From Chiloscyllium plagiosum (lineage: Eukaryota), in NCBI RefSeq assembly GCF_004010195.1, contig NC_057728.1:50317635-50381634 (forward strand): a DNA stretch of 64,000 bases, in the 5' to 3' direction. Position 1 is the stretch's first letter; each line of letters starts with the position of its first letter. Of the stretch, positions 11,101 through 23,608 are shown one piece after another. The translations under genes and the position numbers were made by a program. The notes below the pieces were generated by a model that worked only from the letters and a program-made list of their open reading frames with translations, was not told the origin of the DNA and did no database searches.

Positions 11101-13469
11101 CCGCCATGAAGGTGAATGTTTGATGAAAGACAGCTCATTCAACAGAGCAGCTCACCTTCAGAATGGCCTGAGGAGTGTTGCCCTGGGTTCTGGGCTCAAG
11201 TCACTGGAGCATGATTTGAGCTGCTACAGTCACATATGACACTGCATGAAAATGTGAAGGAATGAAAGACAGGGAGTTAAAGTAGACTGCACAAATGAGA
11301 AAGAGCTCAAACCTAGGAACATGTGAAAAGCAGTTGTTGACAGAGAGAAATTAAACCAATCATGCCAACAGAATCTGTCATTAACATTAAAACTGATTTC
11401 CTAATGAAAGCTCCAAATGTAAAGAAAATGAAGAGATTCATTAAAAATTGATTAAGTTTGTTAAATTTGAGCTGTGTTGTTTTGGTTCCAACTGTGTCTG
11501 TACCATGAATTCACTCAATCAACACTTTCCTATTGGTAGGTAGCCATCTTTAGTGTATTTGTTCCTACAAAGAGCAGCAACTGTTTGGTTTTAACTGTCA
11601 AGTTTAAAACCAGCCAGCAGGGAGTCTTTCAGATACCACGCAATGTAACAATCAGTTCTGGTTCATTGCATGAAAATTACGTTGTTAGTCAACATTGTTT
11701 TAGTTTTGAATGAGGTTCAATCACTTTGAGACTAAAATGATGCTAAACCTCAGAGCATTACTACCTAATCAGTAGGTTTCCCCTGGGATAGTTCAGAGCG
11801 TGGGACTGAAGTCCGAGACTCAAGCCTGAAAAGGGTAACAGGATTGTTTCTCAAAAGACTATTGGTAAACTAACTGGATTCTTTAAATCTATTTTTAAAT
11901 AAATGCCTATCAGTGACTTTATTCATGGTTTATTAATTTCAGTGCAATTTTGGACTGTTCATGATGCGATTTCATCCATTGATCACACTTTACTGTGATC
12001 CAGGGTGGGGCAGGCTTTGAAGTTTGCTGTGTGAGGATAAACATCTCCTTGGCTACCATAACATCAAAGGATGAAGAATATTATTTCACACTTTTCGCAA
12101 ATTTTCTGCCTCCCTGCTGTCAATGATTCTGGGTGGGTGCTTATAGGGGCCTGAATGATGTGAGCAATGATGGGAAAGGTGGTAGAATAATGCAGCGAGT
12201 TCAGTGAGGCCTATCTCAAGGAGGGAGTGACTCCCTGCATTTTAACCATCTCCAGCCATTAAGGTGAGATTCTCATCGGACAGCGTCAAGTTAGCTTTTG
12301 AAGAGGATTTTTGCTTGCTAATGACCTTATTAACTGCAGTGCTCACCTCATTAATAATGCAACTTCCTATCCTACTCCTCCCCCGCCTACAAGCAAACTC
12401 AAGAATTCTCGAGATGGAGGTCCGTGTGGTTACCAGGCGACTGCAGCTCACCGCAGGCTGCAAAGAACTTCTATGTTCCTCAGCAAGCAACAAAATCTGA
12501 GGGCACGGTCTATGGGCACCAGCCGAATACACCCCTCATCCACAGACATTGGCATCAACAACTTCCAATCCCTCAGGACCCTCTCGGTGCCTCTCCCATG
12601 CAGTGCGCTTAGGAAGGACAGACCTGCATTACAGGGCACTCTGGCAGCTAGCATTGAGTGCTGCTGGGATGATACTTCATGCACAGGCACATGCACCCAG
12701 ATCACCAATTGGACCAGGCTGCATCTCAGGGCTGCTTTCTTTTTGCACTCGCTCACTTAGTGACTGCCTGCAAGCTTGCAGCATCCCTGTCATTCCCTGC
12801 CTTTCCTCACCTTGCCTGTTAGCACAGTGACACATCAACCAGAGCCTAAAGACAATGCCACCATATTAACATGCTCGTTTGTGCAGCCATTGCAGATTGG
12901 CTGCTCATTGTTAGGGATTGGTCCTGAAGACTAGGGACGATACTGTGCTGTACAGCAGACTGAGGCATTTTAAAGTAACACCTACAGCAAGTGCCAGCTG
13001 CCTGCATGGCAAACCCACTACACATTCATTCAACCAAATGGCCAGGTCAGAATATGGGTAGCAGCCAGTCCTCAGTCAAGTCACCAGGGAGAGGGAACAC
13101 TGTCGGTCAGTGTTCCAGTAAATGTCACAGTACACACAGAGTCCAGCTGCTTGGCCATTGTCAGTCGTCTGCTTGGGCAAGACATGGTCAAGCGATATGT
13201 CTGACTGCAGTCCAGAGAGTGGATAACACACAGACCTTACGGCCCATCACCAGCAGACAGGAGAGTCACATCCCGACAGTCAAGGGGCTGCAAGGACAGC
13301 GGTCATAGAGTCATAGAGCTGTACAGCATGGAAACAGACCCTTCAGTCCAACTCATCCATGCCAACCAGATATCCTAACTTAACCTAGTCCCACCTGCCA
13401 GCACTTGGCCCATATCCATCTAAACACTTCCTATTCATATACCCGTCCAGATGCCTTTTAAAAGTTATG

Positions 13470-13680
13470 ACTTGGAGATGCTGATGTTGGACTGGGGTGT
13501 ACAGTGTTAAAGATCACACAACACCAGGTTAATGTCCAACAGGTTTATTTGGAAGCATTAGCCGTCGGAGCGCTGCTGCTGATGAAGGACAACCACCTGA
13601 TGAAAGAGCAGCGCTCCAAAAGCTTGTACTTCCAAATAAACCTGTTGGACTATAATCTGGTATTGTGTGGTTTTTAACTT
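13470..13680. mobile_element. Head-to-head Penelope-terminus palindrome inserted in CR1
   Basis: cacacaacaccaggttaatgtccaacaggtttatttggaag is the reverse complement of cttccaaataaacctgttggactataatctggtattgtgtg; centre contains CTGATGA. Confidence 0.75.
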
Positions 13681-14775
13681 TTAAATGTTATAATTGTACC
13701 AGCCTCCACCACTTCTTCTGGCAGCTCACTCCACGCAAGCAACACCCTCTGTGCCCTTAGGTCCCTTTTAAATTTTTTCTCTCTCATCCTGAACCTATGC
13801 CCTCCAGTTCTGGACTCTCCGACCCCCAGGGAAAAGACCTTGTCTATTTACCCTATCTATGCCTCCCATGATTTTAATAACCTCTATGTGGTCACTTCTC
13901 AGCCTCCAACACTCAGGGAAAACAGCCCCATCCTATTCAACATCGGCCTATAGCTCAACCCTGGCAACATCCTTGTAAATCTTTTCTGAACTCTTTCAAG
14001 TTTCACAACATCTTTCCGATAGGAGGGAGACCAGAACGGCACACAATATTCCAACAGTGGCCTAACCAATGTCCTGTACAGCTGTAACATGACCTCCCAA
14101 CCCCTGTACTCAATGTTTTGACCAATAAAGGAAAGCATACCAAACGGCTTCTTCACTATCCTATCTATCTGCGACTCTGTTTTCAAGGAACTATGAACCT
14201 GCACTCCAAGTTGTCTTTGTTCAGCAACACTCCCAAGGACCTTACCATTAAGTGTATAAGCCCTGCTCTGATTTTCCTTTCCAAAATGCAGCACATCACA
14301 TTTATTAAATTCCATCTGCCACTCTCAGCCCATTGATCAAGATCCTGTTGTAATCTGGGGCAACGTTCTTTGCTATCCATTACACCTCCAATTTTGTTTT
14401 CATATGCAAACTTGCTAACTATATCTCTTATGGTCACATCCAAATCATTTATATAAACAATGAAAAGCAGTGCACCCAGCAGCATCCTTGTGGCACTCCG
14501 TTGGTCAGAGGCCTTCAGTCTGAAAGGCAACCCTCCACCACTACTCTCTGTCTTCTGTCTTTGAGCCAGTTCTGTATCCAAATGACTAATTTTTCCCGTA
14601 TTCCATGAGTTCTAACCTTGCTAACCAGTCTTCCAGGGGAAACCTTGTCGGACGCCTTACTGAGGTCCATATGGATCACGTCCATTGTTCTGCCCTCATC
14701 AATCCTCTTTGTTACTTCTTCAAAACACTCAATCAAGTTTGTGAGATATGATTTCCCATGCACAAAGCTATGTTT

Positions 14776-15083
14776 GGGGCGGCACGGTGGCTCAGTGGTT
14801 AGCATGACTGCCTCACAGCACCAGGGTCCCATGTTCAATTCCAGCCTCGGGCGACTGTCTGTGTGGAGCGTGAGTTTCCTTTGGGTACTCCAGTTTCCTC
14901 CCACATTCCCAAGATGTGTAGGTCAGGTGAATTGGCCATGCTAAATTGTCCATAGTTTAACAACTCCATAGTTGTTAGGAGCATTAGTCAGAGGGGGGGT
15001 GGGTTACTCTTTGGAGGGTCAGTGTGGACTTGTTGGGCCGAAGGGCCTGTTTCCACTCTGAAGAGAATCTAAAAAAAATCTAA
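14776..15083 (+). mobile_element. HE1-like V-SINE nested in CR1
   Basis: ggggcggcacggtggctcagtggttagc head; CR1 resumes after it. Confidence 0.9.
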
Positions 15084-15315
15084 TTGACTATCCCTAATTA
15101 GTCCTTGCCTTTCCAAGTTCATGTACATCCAAGTTCACGATGTTATCATCTATTTCCCCACATTCTATATCTTCCATGTTCATCTCCACAGTAAACCCTG
15201 TGCAAGATGCTCATTTAGTATCTTCCCAATCTCCTACAGTTCCATATACAGGCTGCCTTGCTGATCTTTGAGGGCTCTATTCTCTCCCTAGTTACCATTT
15301 TGTCTTCAACATATT

Positions 15316-16850
15316 GAATTGAGTTTAATTTATTGTCAGGTGTACTGAGGCACAGTGAAAAGCTTTGTCTTGTGAGCAATACAGGCAAATCACACAGTTA
15401 AGTAGCATAGATAGTAAATAATAGGTAAACAGTGGCAAAAACAAAAACACAGGTACAGGTGAATGTTAAGAGTTTGTGAGTCCTGTCTAACAACAGTAGG
15501 GTAGAAACTGTTTCGAAACCAGCTGGTGTGTGTGATCAGGCTTCTGTAGCTTCTCCCCGATGGTAGAGGTTGTAGAAAAACATTGCCAGGGTGGGATGGA
15601 TCTTTGAGAAAGCTGGCAGCCTTTCCTTGACAGTGGGCCTGGTAGATGGATTCTATAGATGGGAGGTTGGCCTTTGTGATTGTCCAGGCCGAGTACACCG
15701 CTCTCTGTAACCGTCTCCGATCTTGATCGGTACAGTTGCCATACCAGGTAGTGATACATCCAGACAGAATGCTCTCGATGGCACGTCTATAAAAGTTGGC
15801 AAGGGTATTCGCCATCATGCCAAATTTCCTCAGCTGCCTGAAGAAGAAGAAACGTTGTTGGGTCTTTGTAACCAGTGCGTCCACATGAAGAGTCCAAGAA
15901 AGCTTGTTGTGGATAACCACTCCCAGGAGCTTGACACTCTCCACTCGTTCCACCTCTGTGCTGTTAATGTGTAGGGGGACATGAGTAACATCCTGCCGAA
16001 AGTCAATAATGAGTTCCTTGGTTTTGCTGGCATTGAGAGCTAGGTTGTTCTCAAAGCACCATTTTTCCAGGTCTTCCACCTTCTGTCTGTAGTCTGTTTC
16101 GTCGCCATCTGAGATTCGGCCGATTATGATGGTGCCATCAGCGAACTTGTAAATGGCATTTGTCTGGTATTTGGTGACTCACTCAGGGGTATACAGTGAG
16201 TACAGTAGGGGACTGAGTAAGCACCCCTGAGGGGTCTCCAGTGTTGAGTGTTACTGAGGTTGAAATATTGTCCCCAATCTTCACTGATTGTGGCCTTTGG
16301 GATCAGAGAACTGAGGATCCAGTTGCAGAGAGTGGGGCTTAGTCCGAGATCACTAAGTTTAGTAATCAGTCTCGAGGGGATAATAGTGTTGAAGGCTGAA
16401 CTGTAGTCAATGAGTAGGATTTTTATGTAGCTGTTCTTGGTGTCAAGATGTTCTAGGGAGGACTGAAGGGCAAATTATGTGGCATCTGATGTGGAGCTGT
16501 TGGTCTGATAGGCAAATTGGAGTGGGTCAAGAGTAGTGGGGAGGTTGGAGTTGATTAATGCCATGACCAGCCTTTCAAAGCACTTCATGACCACTGAAGT
16601 TAGGACCACTGGGCGGTAGACATTGAGACATGCTGCATGAGGCTTCTTAGGCACAGGGATGATGTGAGCCCTCTTGAAACAGGCAGGGACAATGGCCTGC
16701 TGCAGGGACAGGTTGAAGATGTTCGAGAAGACCTCTGCCAGTTGATCTGCACATGCTCTGAGTGCACAGCCTGGTACTCCGTCTGGTCCCATTGCTTTCC
16801 TTGGATTCACACGAAGGAAAACTGATCTGACTTCTGATGCAGGGACTGTT
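15316..16850 (-). mobile_element. 5'-truncated Rex1/Babar LINE (RT and 3' UTR)
   Basis: KAMGPDGVPG..LRACADQLAEVF..IFNLSL; YRPVVLTS..MKCFERLV; DPLQFAY; NNLALNASKTKELIIDFR; LPSGRSYRS. Confidence 0.92.
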
Positions 16851-17299
16851 GGGATAGAATCTCTTTGGATTCTCCATAACCCTATTTGCCAAAGCTATCT
16901 CATGTCCCCTTTTTGCCCTCCTGATTTCTCTCTTAAGTATACTCCTACTGCCTTTATGCTCTTCCAAGGATTCACTCGATCTATCCTGTCTATACCTGAC
17001 ATATACTTCCTTTGTGGCACTCCGTTGGTCAGAGGCCTTCAGTCTGAAAGGCAACCCTCCACCACTACTCTCTGTCTTCTGTCTTTGAGCCAGTTCTGTA
17101 TCCAAATGACTAATTTTTCCCGTATTCCATGAGTTCTAACCTTGCTAACCAGTCTTCCAGGGGAAACCTTGTCGGACGCCTTACTGAGGTCCATATGGAT
17201 CACGTCCATTGTTCTGCCCTCATCAATCCTCTTTGTTACTTCTTCAAAACACTCAATCAAGTTTGTGAGATGTGATTTCCCATGCACAAAGCTATGTTT

Positions 17300-17607
17300 G
17301 GGGCGGCACGGTGGCTCAGTGGTTAGCATGGCTGCCTCACAGTACCAGGATCCCATGTTCAATTCCAGCCTCGGGCAACTGTCTGTGTGGAGTGTGAGTT
17401 TCCTTTGGGTACTCCAGTTTCGTCCCACATTCCCAAGATGTGTAGGTCAGGTGAATTGGCCATGCTAAATTGTCAATAGTTTAACAACTCCATAGTTGTT
17501 AGGAGCATTAGTCAGAGGGGGGTGGGTTGCACTTTGGAGGGTCAGTGTGGACTTGTTGGGCCGAAGGGCCTGTTTCCACTCTGTAGAGAATCTAAAAAAA
17601 ATCTAAT
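17300..17607 (+). mobile_element. HE1-like V-SINE (duplicate of 14776-15083)
   Basis: Same sequence and flanks at offset 2524. Confidence 0.9.
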
Positions 17608-17839
17608 TGACTATCCATAATTAGTCCTTGCCTTTCCAAGTTCATGTACATCCAAGTTCACGATGTTATCATCTATTTCCCCACATTCTATATCTTCCAT
17701 GTTCATCTCCACAGTAAACCCTGTGCAAGATACTCATTTAGTATCTTCCCAATCTCCTACAGTTCCATATACAGGCTGCCTTGCTGATCTTTGAAGGCTC
17801 TATTCTCTCCCTAGTTACCATTTTGTCTTCAACATATTG

Positions 17840-18902
17840 AATTGAGTTGAATTTATTGTCACGTGTACCGAGGCACAGTGAAAAGCTTTGTCTTGTGAGC
17901 AATTCAGGCAAATCACATAGTCAAGTAGCATAGATAGTAAATAATAGGTAAACAGTGGCAAAAACAAAAACAAAGGTACAGGTGAATGTTAAGAGTTTGT
18001 GAGTCCATTCAGTATTCTAACAACAGTAGGGTAGAAACTGTTATGAAACCGGCTGGTGTGTGTGTTCAGGCTTCTGTACCTTCTCCCTGATGGTAAAGGT
18101 TGTAGAAAAACATTGCCAGGGTGGGATGGATCTTTGAGAATGCTGGCAGCCTTTCCTTGACAGCGTCTGGTAGATGGATTCTATAGATGGGAGGTTGGCC
18201 TTTGTGATTGTCTGGGCCGAGTTCACCGCTCTCTGTAACCGTCTCCGATCTTGAATGGCACAGTTGCCATACCAGGGAGTGATACATCCAGACAGAATGC
18301 TCTCGATGGCACATCTATAAAAGTTAGCAAGGGTATTCACCATCATGCCAAATTTCCTCAGCTGCCTGAAGAAGAAGAAATGTTGTTGGGTCTTTGTAAC
18401 CAGTGCACCCACATAAAGAGTCCAAGAAAGCTTGTTGTGGATGACCACTCCCAGGAGCTTGACACTCTACACTCATTCCACCTCTGTGCTGTTAATGTGT
18501 AGGGGGGCATGAGTAACATCCCGCCAAAAGTCAATAATGAGTTCCTTGGTTTTGTCAGCATCGGGAGCTAGGTTGTTCTCAATGCACCATTTTTTCCAGG
18601 TCTTCCACCTTCTGTCTGTAGTCTGTTTCGTCGCCATCTGAAATTTGACCAATCAGCGAACTTGTAAATGGCATTTGTCTGGTATTTGGTGACTCACTCA
18701 TGGGTATACAGTGAGTACAGTAGGGGACTGGGTAAGCACCCCTAAGGGGTCTCCGGTGTTGAGTGTTAGTGAGGTTGAAATATTGTCCCCAATCTTCACT
18801 GATTGTGGCCTTTGGGATCAGAGAACTGGGATCCAGTTTGCAGAGAGTGGGGCTTAGTCCGAGATCACTAAGTTTAGTAATCAGTCTCGAGGGGATAATA
18901 GT
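17840..18902 (-). mobile_element. Rex1/Babar LINE (duplicate copy, runs into gap)
   Basis: VIHNKLSW...FYRCAIESILSGCITPWYGNC; collinear with 15316-16388. Confidence 0.9.
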
Positions 18903-19149
18903 NNNNNNNNNNNNNNNNNNNNNNNNNNNNNNNNNNNNNNNNNNNNNNNNNNNNNNNNNNNNNNNNNNNNNNNNNNNNNNNNNNNNNNNNNNNNNNNNNN
19001 NNNNNNNNNNNNNNNNNNNNNNNNNNNNNNNNNNNNNNNNNNNNNNNNNNNNNNNNNNNNNNNNNNNNNNNNNNNNNNNNNNNNNNNNNNNNNNNNNNNN
19101 NNNNNNNNNNNNNNNNNNNNNNNNNNNNNNNNNNNNNNNNNNNNNNNNN
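18903..19149. other. Assembly gap
   Basis: Run of N. Confidence 1.
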
Positions 19150-20344
19150 CTATTTGCCAAAGCTATCTCATGTCCCCTTTTTGCCCTCCTGATTTCTCTC
19201 TTAAGTATACTCCTACTGCCTTTATGCTCTTCCAAGGATTCACTCGATCTATCCTGTCTATACCTGACATATGCTTCCTTCTTTTTCTTAAATAAAATCT
19301 CAATTTCTCTTGTCATTCAGCATTCCCTATACTTACCAGCCTTTCCTTTTACCCTGACAGGAATATACTTTCTCTGGATTCTCGTAATCTCATATCTGAA
19401 GGCTTCCCATTTTCCAACCATCCCTTTACCTGCGAACATCTGCCTCCAATCAGCTCTTGAAAGTTCTTGCCTAAGAATCTCAAAATTAGCCTTCCTCCAA
19501 TTTAGAACTTCAACTTTTAGATCTGCTCTATCCTTTTCCATCACTATTTTTAAACTAATAGAATTATGGTCGCTGGCCCCTAAGTTCTCCCACTGACACC
19601 TCAGTCACCTGCCCTGCCTTATTTCCCAAGAGTAGGTAAAGTTTTGCACCTTCTCTAGTAGGTACATTCATGTACTGAATCAAAAACTTTCTTGTGCACA
19701 CAACAATTTCCTCTCCCATCTAAGCCCTTAACACTGTATGAGTCTCAGTCTATGTTTGGAAAGTTAAAATCCCCTACCATAACCACCCTATTATTCTTAC
19801 GATGACTGAGGTTTCCATACAAAATTGTCTCTCAATTTCCTGTTGACTATTGGGGGAGCTATAATGCAATCCCAATAATATGATCATTCCTTCTTAATTC
19901 TCAGTTCCACCCAAATAACTTCCCTGGATGTATTCCCAGGAATATCCTCCTTAAGTACAGCCGTAATGCTATCCGTTATCAAAAACGCCATTCCCCCTCC
20001 TCTCTCACCACCCCCCTGCTCCAATGTCTTTCCTTCCTATAGTATTTGTTTCTTGGAACATTAAGATGCCTGTCCTGCCCATCCCTCAGCCACGTTTCTG
20101 TAATTTCAATGATATCCCAATCTCACGCCCTGAGTTTATCTGCCTTCCCTGTCAGGCCTCTTGCTGGAGAATGGCGTACCATCAGTCAGAGAGCTGCAAG
20201 GACAACAGTCAGGAATCTGCTCACTCAAGTCTCGAGCTGCTTGTTGAAATCAGTCAGAGATCAGTAGGGCGAATGCCATCCTGAAGGTCATGAGATCAGT
20301 GAGGAGGGTACAAGGGAAAGGTGTAAGGGAAAAAGTGGCTTTTT

Positions 20345-20706
20345 GATATACAAGGTAATGAGACGCATAGATAGAGTAGATAGCCAGACACTTTCCCACA
20401 GGACAAAAATGGCTGCCATGAGGGGTCATAATTTTAAGGTGATTGGAGGAAGGTATAGGGGAGATGCCAGAGGTAGGTTCTTTGAGTGAGAGTGGAGGGT
20501 GTGTGGAATGCACTGCCAGCAGTGGTAGTGGCATCAGAGACATTAGGGACATTTAAGCGACTGCTGGACAAGCACATGGACAGCAGTAAATTGAGGGGTG
20601 TGTAGGTTACATTGATCTTAGATTAAGATAATTGCTCAGCACACTATCGTGCGCTGAAGGGCCTGTACTGTGCTGTACTGTTCTATGTTCTATGTTTTAT
20701 GTTCTA
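20345..20706 (+). mobile_element. CR1 3' fragment
   Basis: IYKVMRRIDRVDSQ...RGHNFKVIGGRYRGD; (TATGTTC)n tail. Confidence 0.88.
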
Positions 20707-20859
20707 TTTGTCAAAGAAGAGGAGAAAGCCGAGGCATCTGTTGAGTTGGGAATAAGCATAGTGACAGGGGAATGCCAAGATATAGGTAGGAAAGCTTTGG
20801 TGGGTATGGCAGCCTAAGCGAGGAGGGGATATTAACGGTGACTTCACATGGAATCCATA

Positions 20860-21226
20860 GGGACAGCAGTAAGGACTGTGATGAGCAGCAGTAAGGTCTG
20901 TGATGGGCAGCAGTAAGGACCATGGTGGGCAGCAGTAAGGACCATGGTGGGCAGCAGTAAGGACCATGGTGGGCAGCAATAAGGTCTGCAATGGGCAGCA
21001 GTAAGGACCTTGGTGGGCAGCAGTAAGGACCATGGTGGGCAGCAATAAGGACTGTGATGGGCAGCAGTAAGGACCATGGTGGGCTGCAGTAAGGACCATG
21101 GTGGGCAGCAGTAAGGACTGTGGTGGTCAGCAGTAAGGTCTGTGATGGGCAGCAATAAGGAAAGTAGTGGGCAGCAATAAGGACCATGGTGGGCAGCAGT
21201 AAGGACTGTGGTGGGCAGCAATAAGG
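20860..21226. repeat. 22-bp minisatellite, consensus GGGCAGCAGTAAGGACCATGGT (about 16 units, runs into gap)
   Basis: Direct tandem periodicity. Confidence 0.97.
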
Positions 21227-21880
21227 NNNNNNNNNNNNNNNNNNNNNNNNNNNNNNNNNNNNNNNNNNNNNNNNNNNNNNNNNNNNNNNNNNNNNNNNNN
21301 NNNNNNNNNNNNNNNNNNNNNNNNNNNNNNNNNNNNNNNNNNNNNNNNNNNNNNNNNNNNNNNNNNNNNNNNNNNNNNNNNNNNNNNNNNNNNNNNNNNN
21401 NNNNNNNNNNNNNNNNNNNNNNNNNNNNNNNNNNNNNNNNNNNNNNNNNNNNNNNNNNNNNNNNNNNNNNNNNNNNNNNNNNNNNNNNNNNNNNNNNNNN
21501 NNNNNNNNNNNNNNNNNNNNNNNNNNNNNNNNNNNNNNNNNNNNNNNNNNNNNNNNNNNNNNNNNNNNNNNNNNNNNNNNNNNNNNNNNNNNNNNNNNNN
21601 NNNNNNNNNNNNNNNNNNNNNNNNNNNNNNNNNNNNNNNNNNNNNNNNNNNNNNNNNNNNNNNNNNNNNNNNNNNNNNNNNNNNNNNNNNNNNNNNNNNN
21701 NNNNNNNNNNNNNNNNNNNNNNNNNNNNNNNNNNNNNNNNNNNNNNNNNNNNNNNNNNNNNNNNNNNNNNNNNNNNNNNNNNNNNNNNNNNNNNNNNNNN
21801 NNNNNNNNNNNNNNNNNNNNNNNNNNNNNNNNNNNNNNNNNNNNNNNNNNNNNNNNNNNNNNNNNNNNNNNNNNNNNNNN
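21227..21880. other. Assembly gap
   Basis: Run of N. Confidence 1.
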
Positions 21881-21959
21881 AGGGCGAATGCCATCCTGAA
21901 GGTCATGAGATCAGTGAGGAGGGTACAAGGGAAAGGTGTAAGGGAAAAAGTGGCTTTTT

Positions 21960-22321
21960 GATATACAAGGTAATGAGACGCATAGATAGAGTAGATAGCC
22001 AGACACTTTCCCACAGGACAAAAATGGCTGCCATGAGGGGTCATAATTTTAAGGTGATTGGAGGAAGGTATAGGGGAGATGCCAGAGGTAGGTTCTTTGA
22101 GTGAGAGTGGAGGGTGTGTGGAATGCACTGCCAGCAGTGGTAGTGGCATCAGAGACATTAGGGACATTTAAGCGACTGCTGGGCAAGCACATGGACAGCA
22201 GTAAATTGAGGGGTGTGTAGGTTAGATTGATCTTAGATTAAGATAATTGCTCAGCACAACATCGTGGGCTGAAGGGCCTGTACTGTGCTGTACTGTTCTA
22301 TGTTCTATGTTTTATGTTCTA
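21960..22321 (+). mobile_element. CR1 3' fragment (duplicate of 20345-20706)
   Basis: Same sequence at offset 1615. Confidence 0.88.
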
Positions 22322-22475
22322 TTTGTCAAAGAAGAGGAGAAAGCCGAGGCATGTGTTCAGTTGGGAATAAGCATAGTGACAGGGGAATGCCAAGATATAG
22401 GTAGGAAAGCTTGGGTGGGTATGGCAGGCTAAGCGAGGAGGGGATATTAGCGGTGACTTCACATGGAATCCACAG

Positions 22476-23608
22476 GGATAGCAGTAAGGACTGTGGTAAG
22501 CAGCAGTAAGGACCATGGTGGGCAGCAGTAAGGACTCTGGTGGGCAGCAATAAGGACTGTGATGGGCAGCAGTAAGGACCATGGTGGGCAGCAGTAAGGA
22601 CATGGTGGGCAGCAGTAAGGTCTGTAATGGGCAGCAGTAAGGACCTTGGTGGGCAGCAATAAGGACTGTGATGGGCAGCAGTAAGGAACATGGTGGGCAG
22701 CAGTAAGGACACTGGTGGGCAGCAGTAAGGACCATGGTGGGCAGCAGTAAGGACCATGGTGGGCAGCAATAAGGTCTGTAATGGGCAGCAGTAAGGACCT
22801 TGGTGGGCAGCAGTAAGGACACTGGTGGGCAGCAGTAAGGACACTGGTGGGCAGTAATAAGGACTGTGATGAGCAGCAGTAAGGACTGTGATGGGCAGCA
22901 GTAAGGACCATGGTGGGCAGCAATAAGGACCATGGTGGGCAGCAGTAAGGACTGTGGTGGGCAGCAGTAAGGACCATGGTGGGAGCAGTAAGGACCATGG
23001 TGGGCAGCAGTAAGGACTGTGGTGGGCAGCAGTAAGGACAGTAGTGGGCAGCAATAAGGACCATGGTGGGCAACAGTAAGGACTATGGCGGGCAGCAGTA
23101 AGGACCATGGTGGGCAACAGTAAGGACCATGGTGGGCAGCAGTAAGGACCATGGTGGGCAGCAGTAAGGACTGTGGTGGGCAGCAGTAAGGACCACGGTG
23201 GGCAGCAATAAGGACCATGTGGGCAGCAGTAAGGACTGTGGTGGGCAGCAATAAGGACCATGGTGGGCAGCAGTAAGGACTGTGATGGGCAGCAGTAAGG
23301 ACTGTGGTGGGCAGCAGTAAGGACCATGGTGGGCAGCAATAAGGACCATGGTGGGCAACAGTAAGGACTGTGGTGGGCAGCAGTAAGGACCATGGTGGGC
23401 AGCAATAAGGACCATGGTGGGCAGCAGTAAGGACCATGGTGGGCAACAGTAAGGACCATGGTGGGCAACAGTAAGGACCATGGTGGGCAGCAGTAAGGAC
23501 CATGGTGGGCAGCAGTAAGGACTGTGGTGGACAGCAGTAAGGACCATGGTGGGCAGCAGTAAGGACTGTGGTGGGCAGCAGTAAGGTCCATGGTGGGCAG
23601 CAGTAAGG
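22476..23608. repeat. 22-bp minisatellite, about 51 units with interspersed variants
   Basis: Same unit; variants CCATGGT/CTGTGGT/CTGTGAT/CACTGGT/CCTTGGT. Confidence 0.97.

Larger units (their letters stand above)
13303..20165 (-). mobile_element. Long decayed CR1 LINE (endonuclease to 3' UTR), interrupted by Penelope palindrome, V-SINE and Rex1; partly tandem-duplicated
   Basis: ITETWL near 20095; EVLNWRKANF; LTNLIECFEEVTKRIDEG..DVIHMDLSKASDKV; LVRPLLEYCVPFWSP; 3' tail at 13303. Confidence 0.92.

Noticed and set aside
18579..22167. Long ORFs of 245-346 aa containing X runs
   Set aside because: Artefacts of translating through N gaps
20860..23608. CRISPR-like array
   Set aside because: No unique spacers (a 7-nt slot reuses a few variants), no cas genes, vertebrate context
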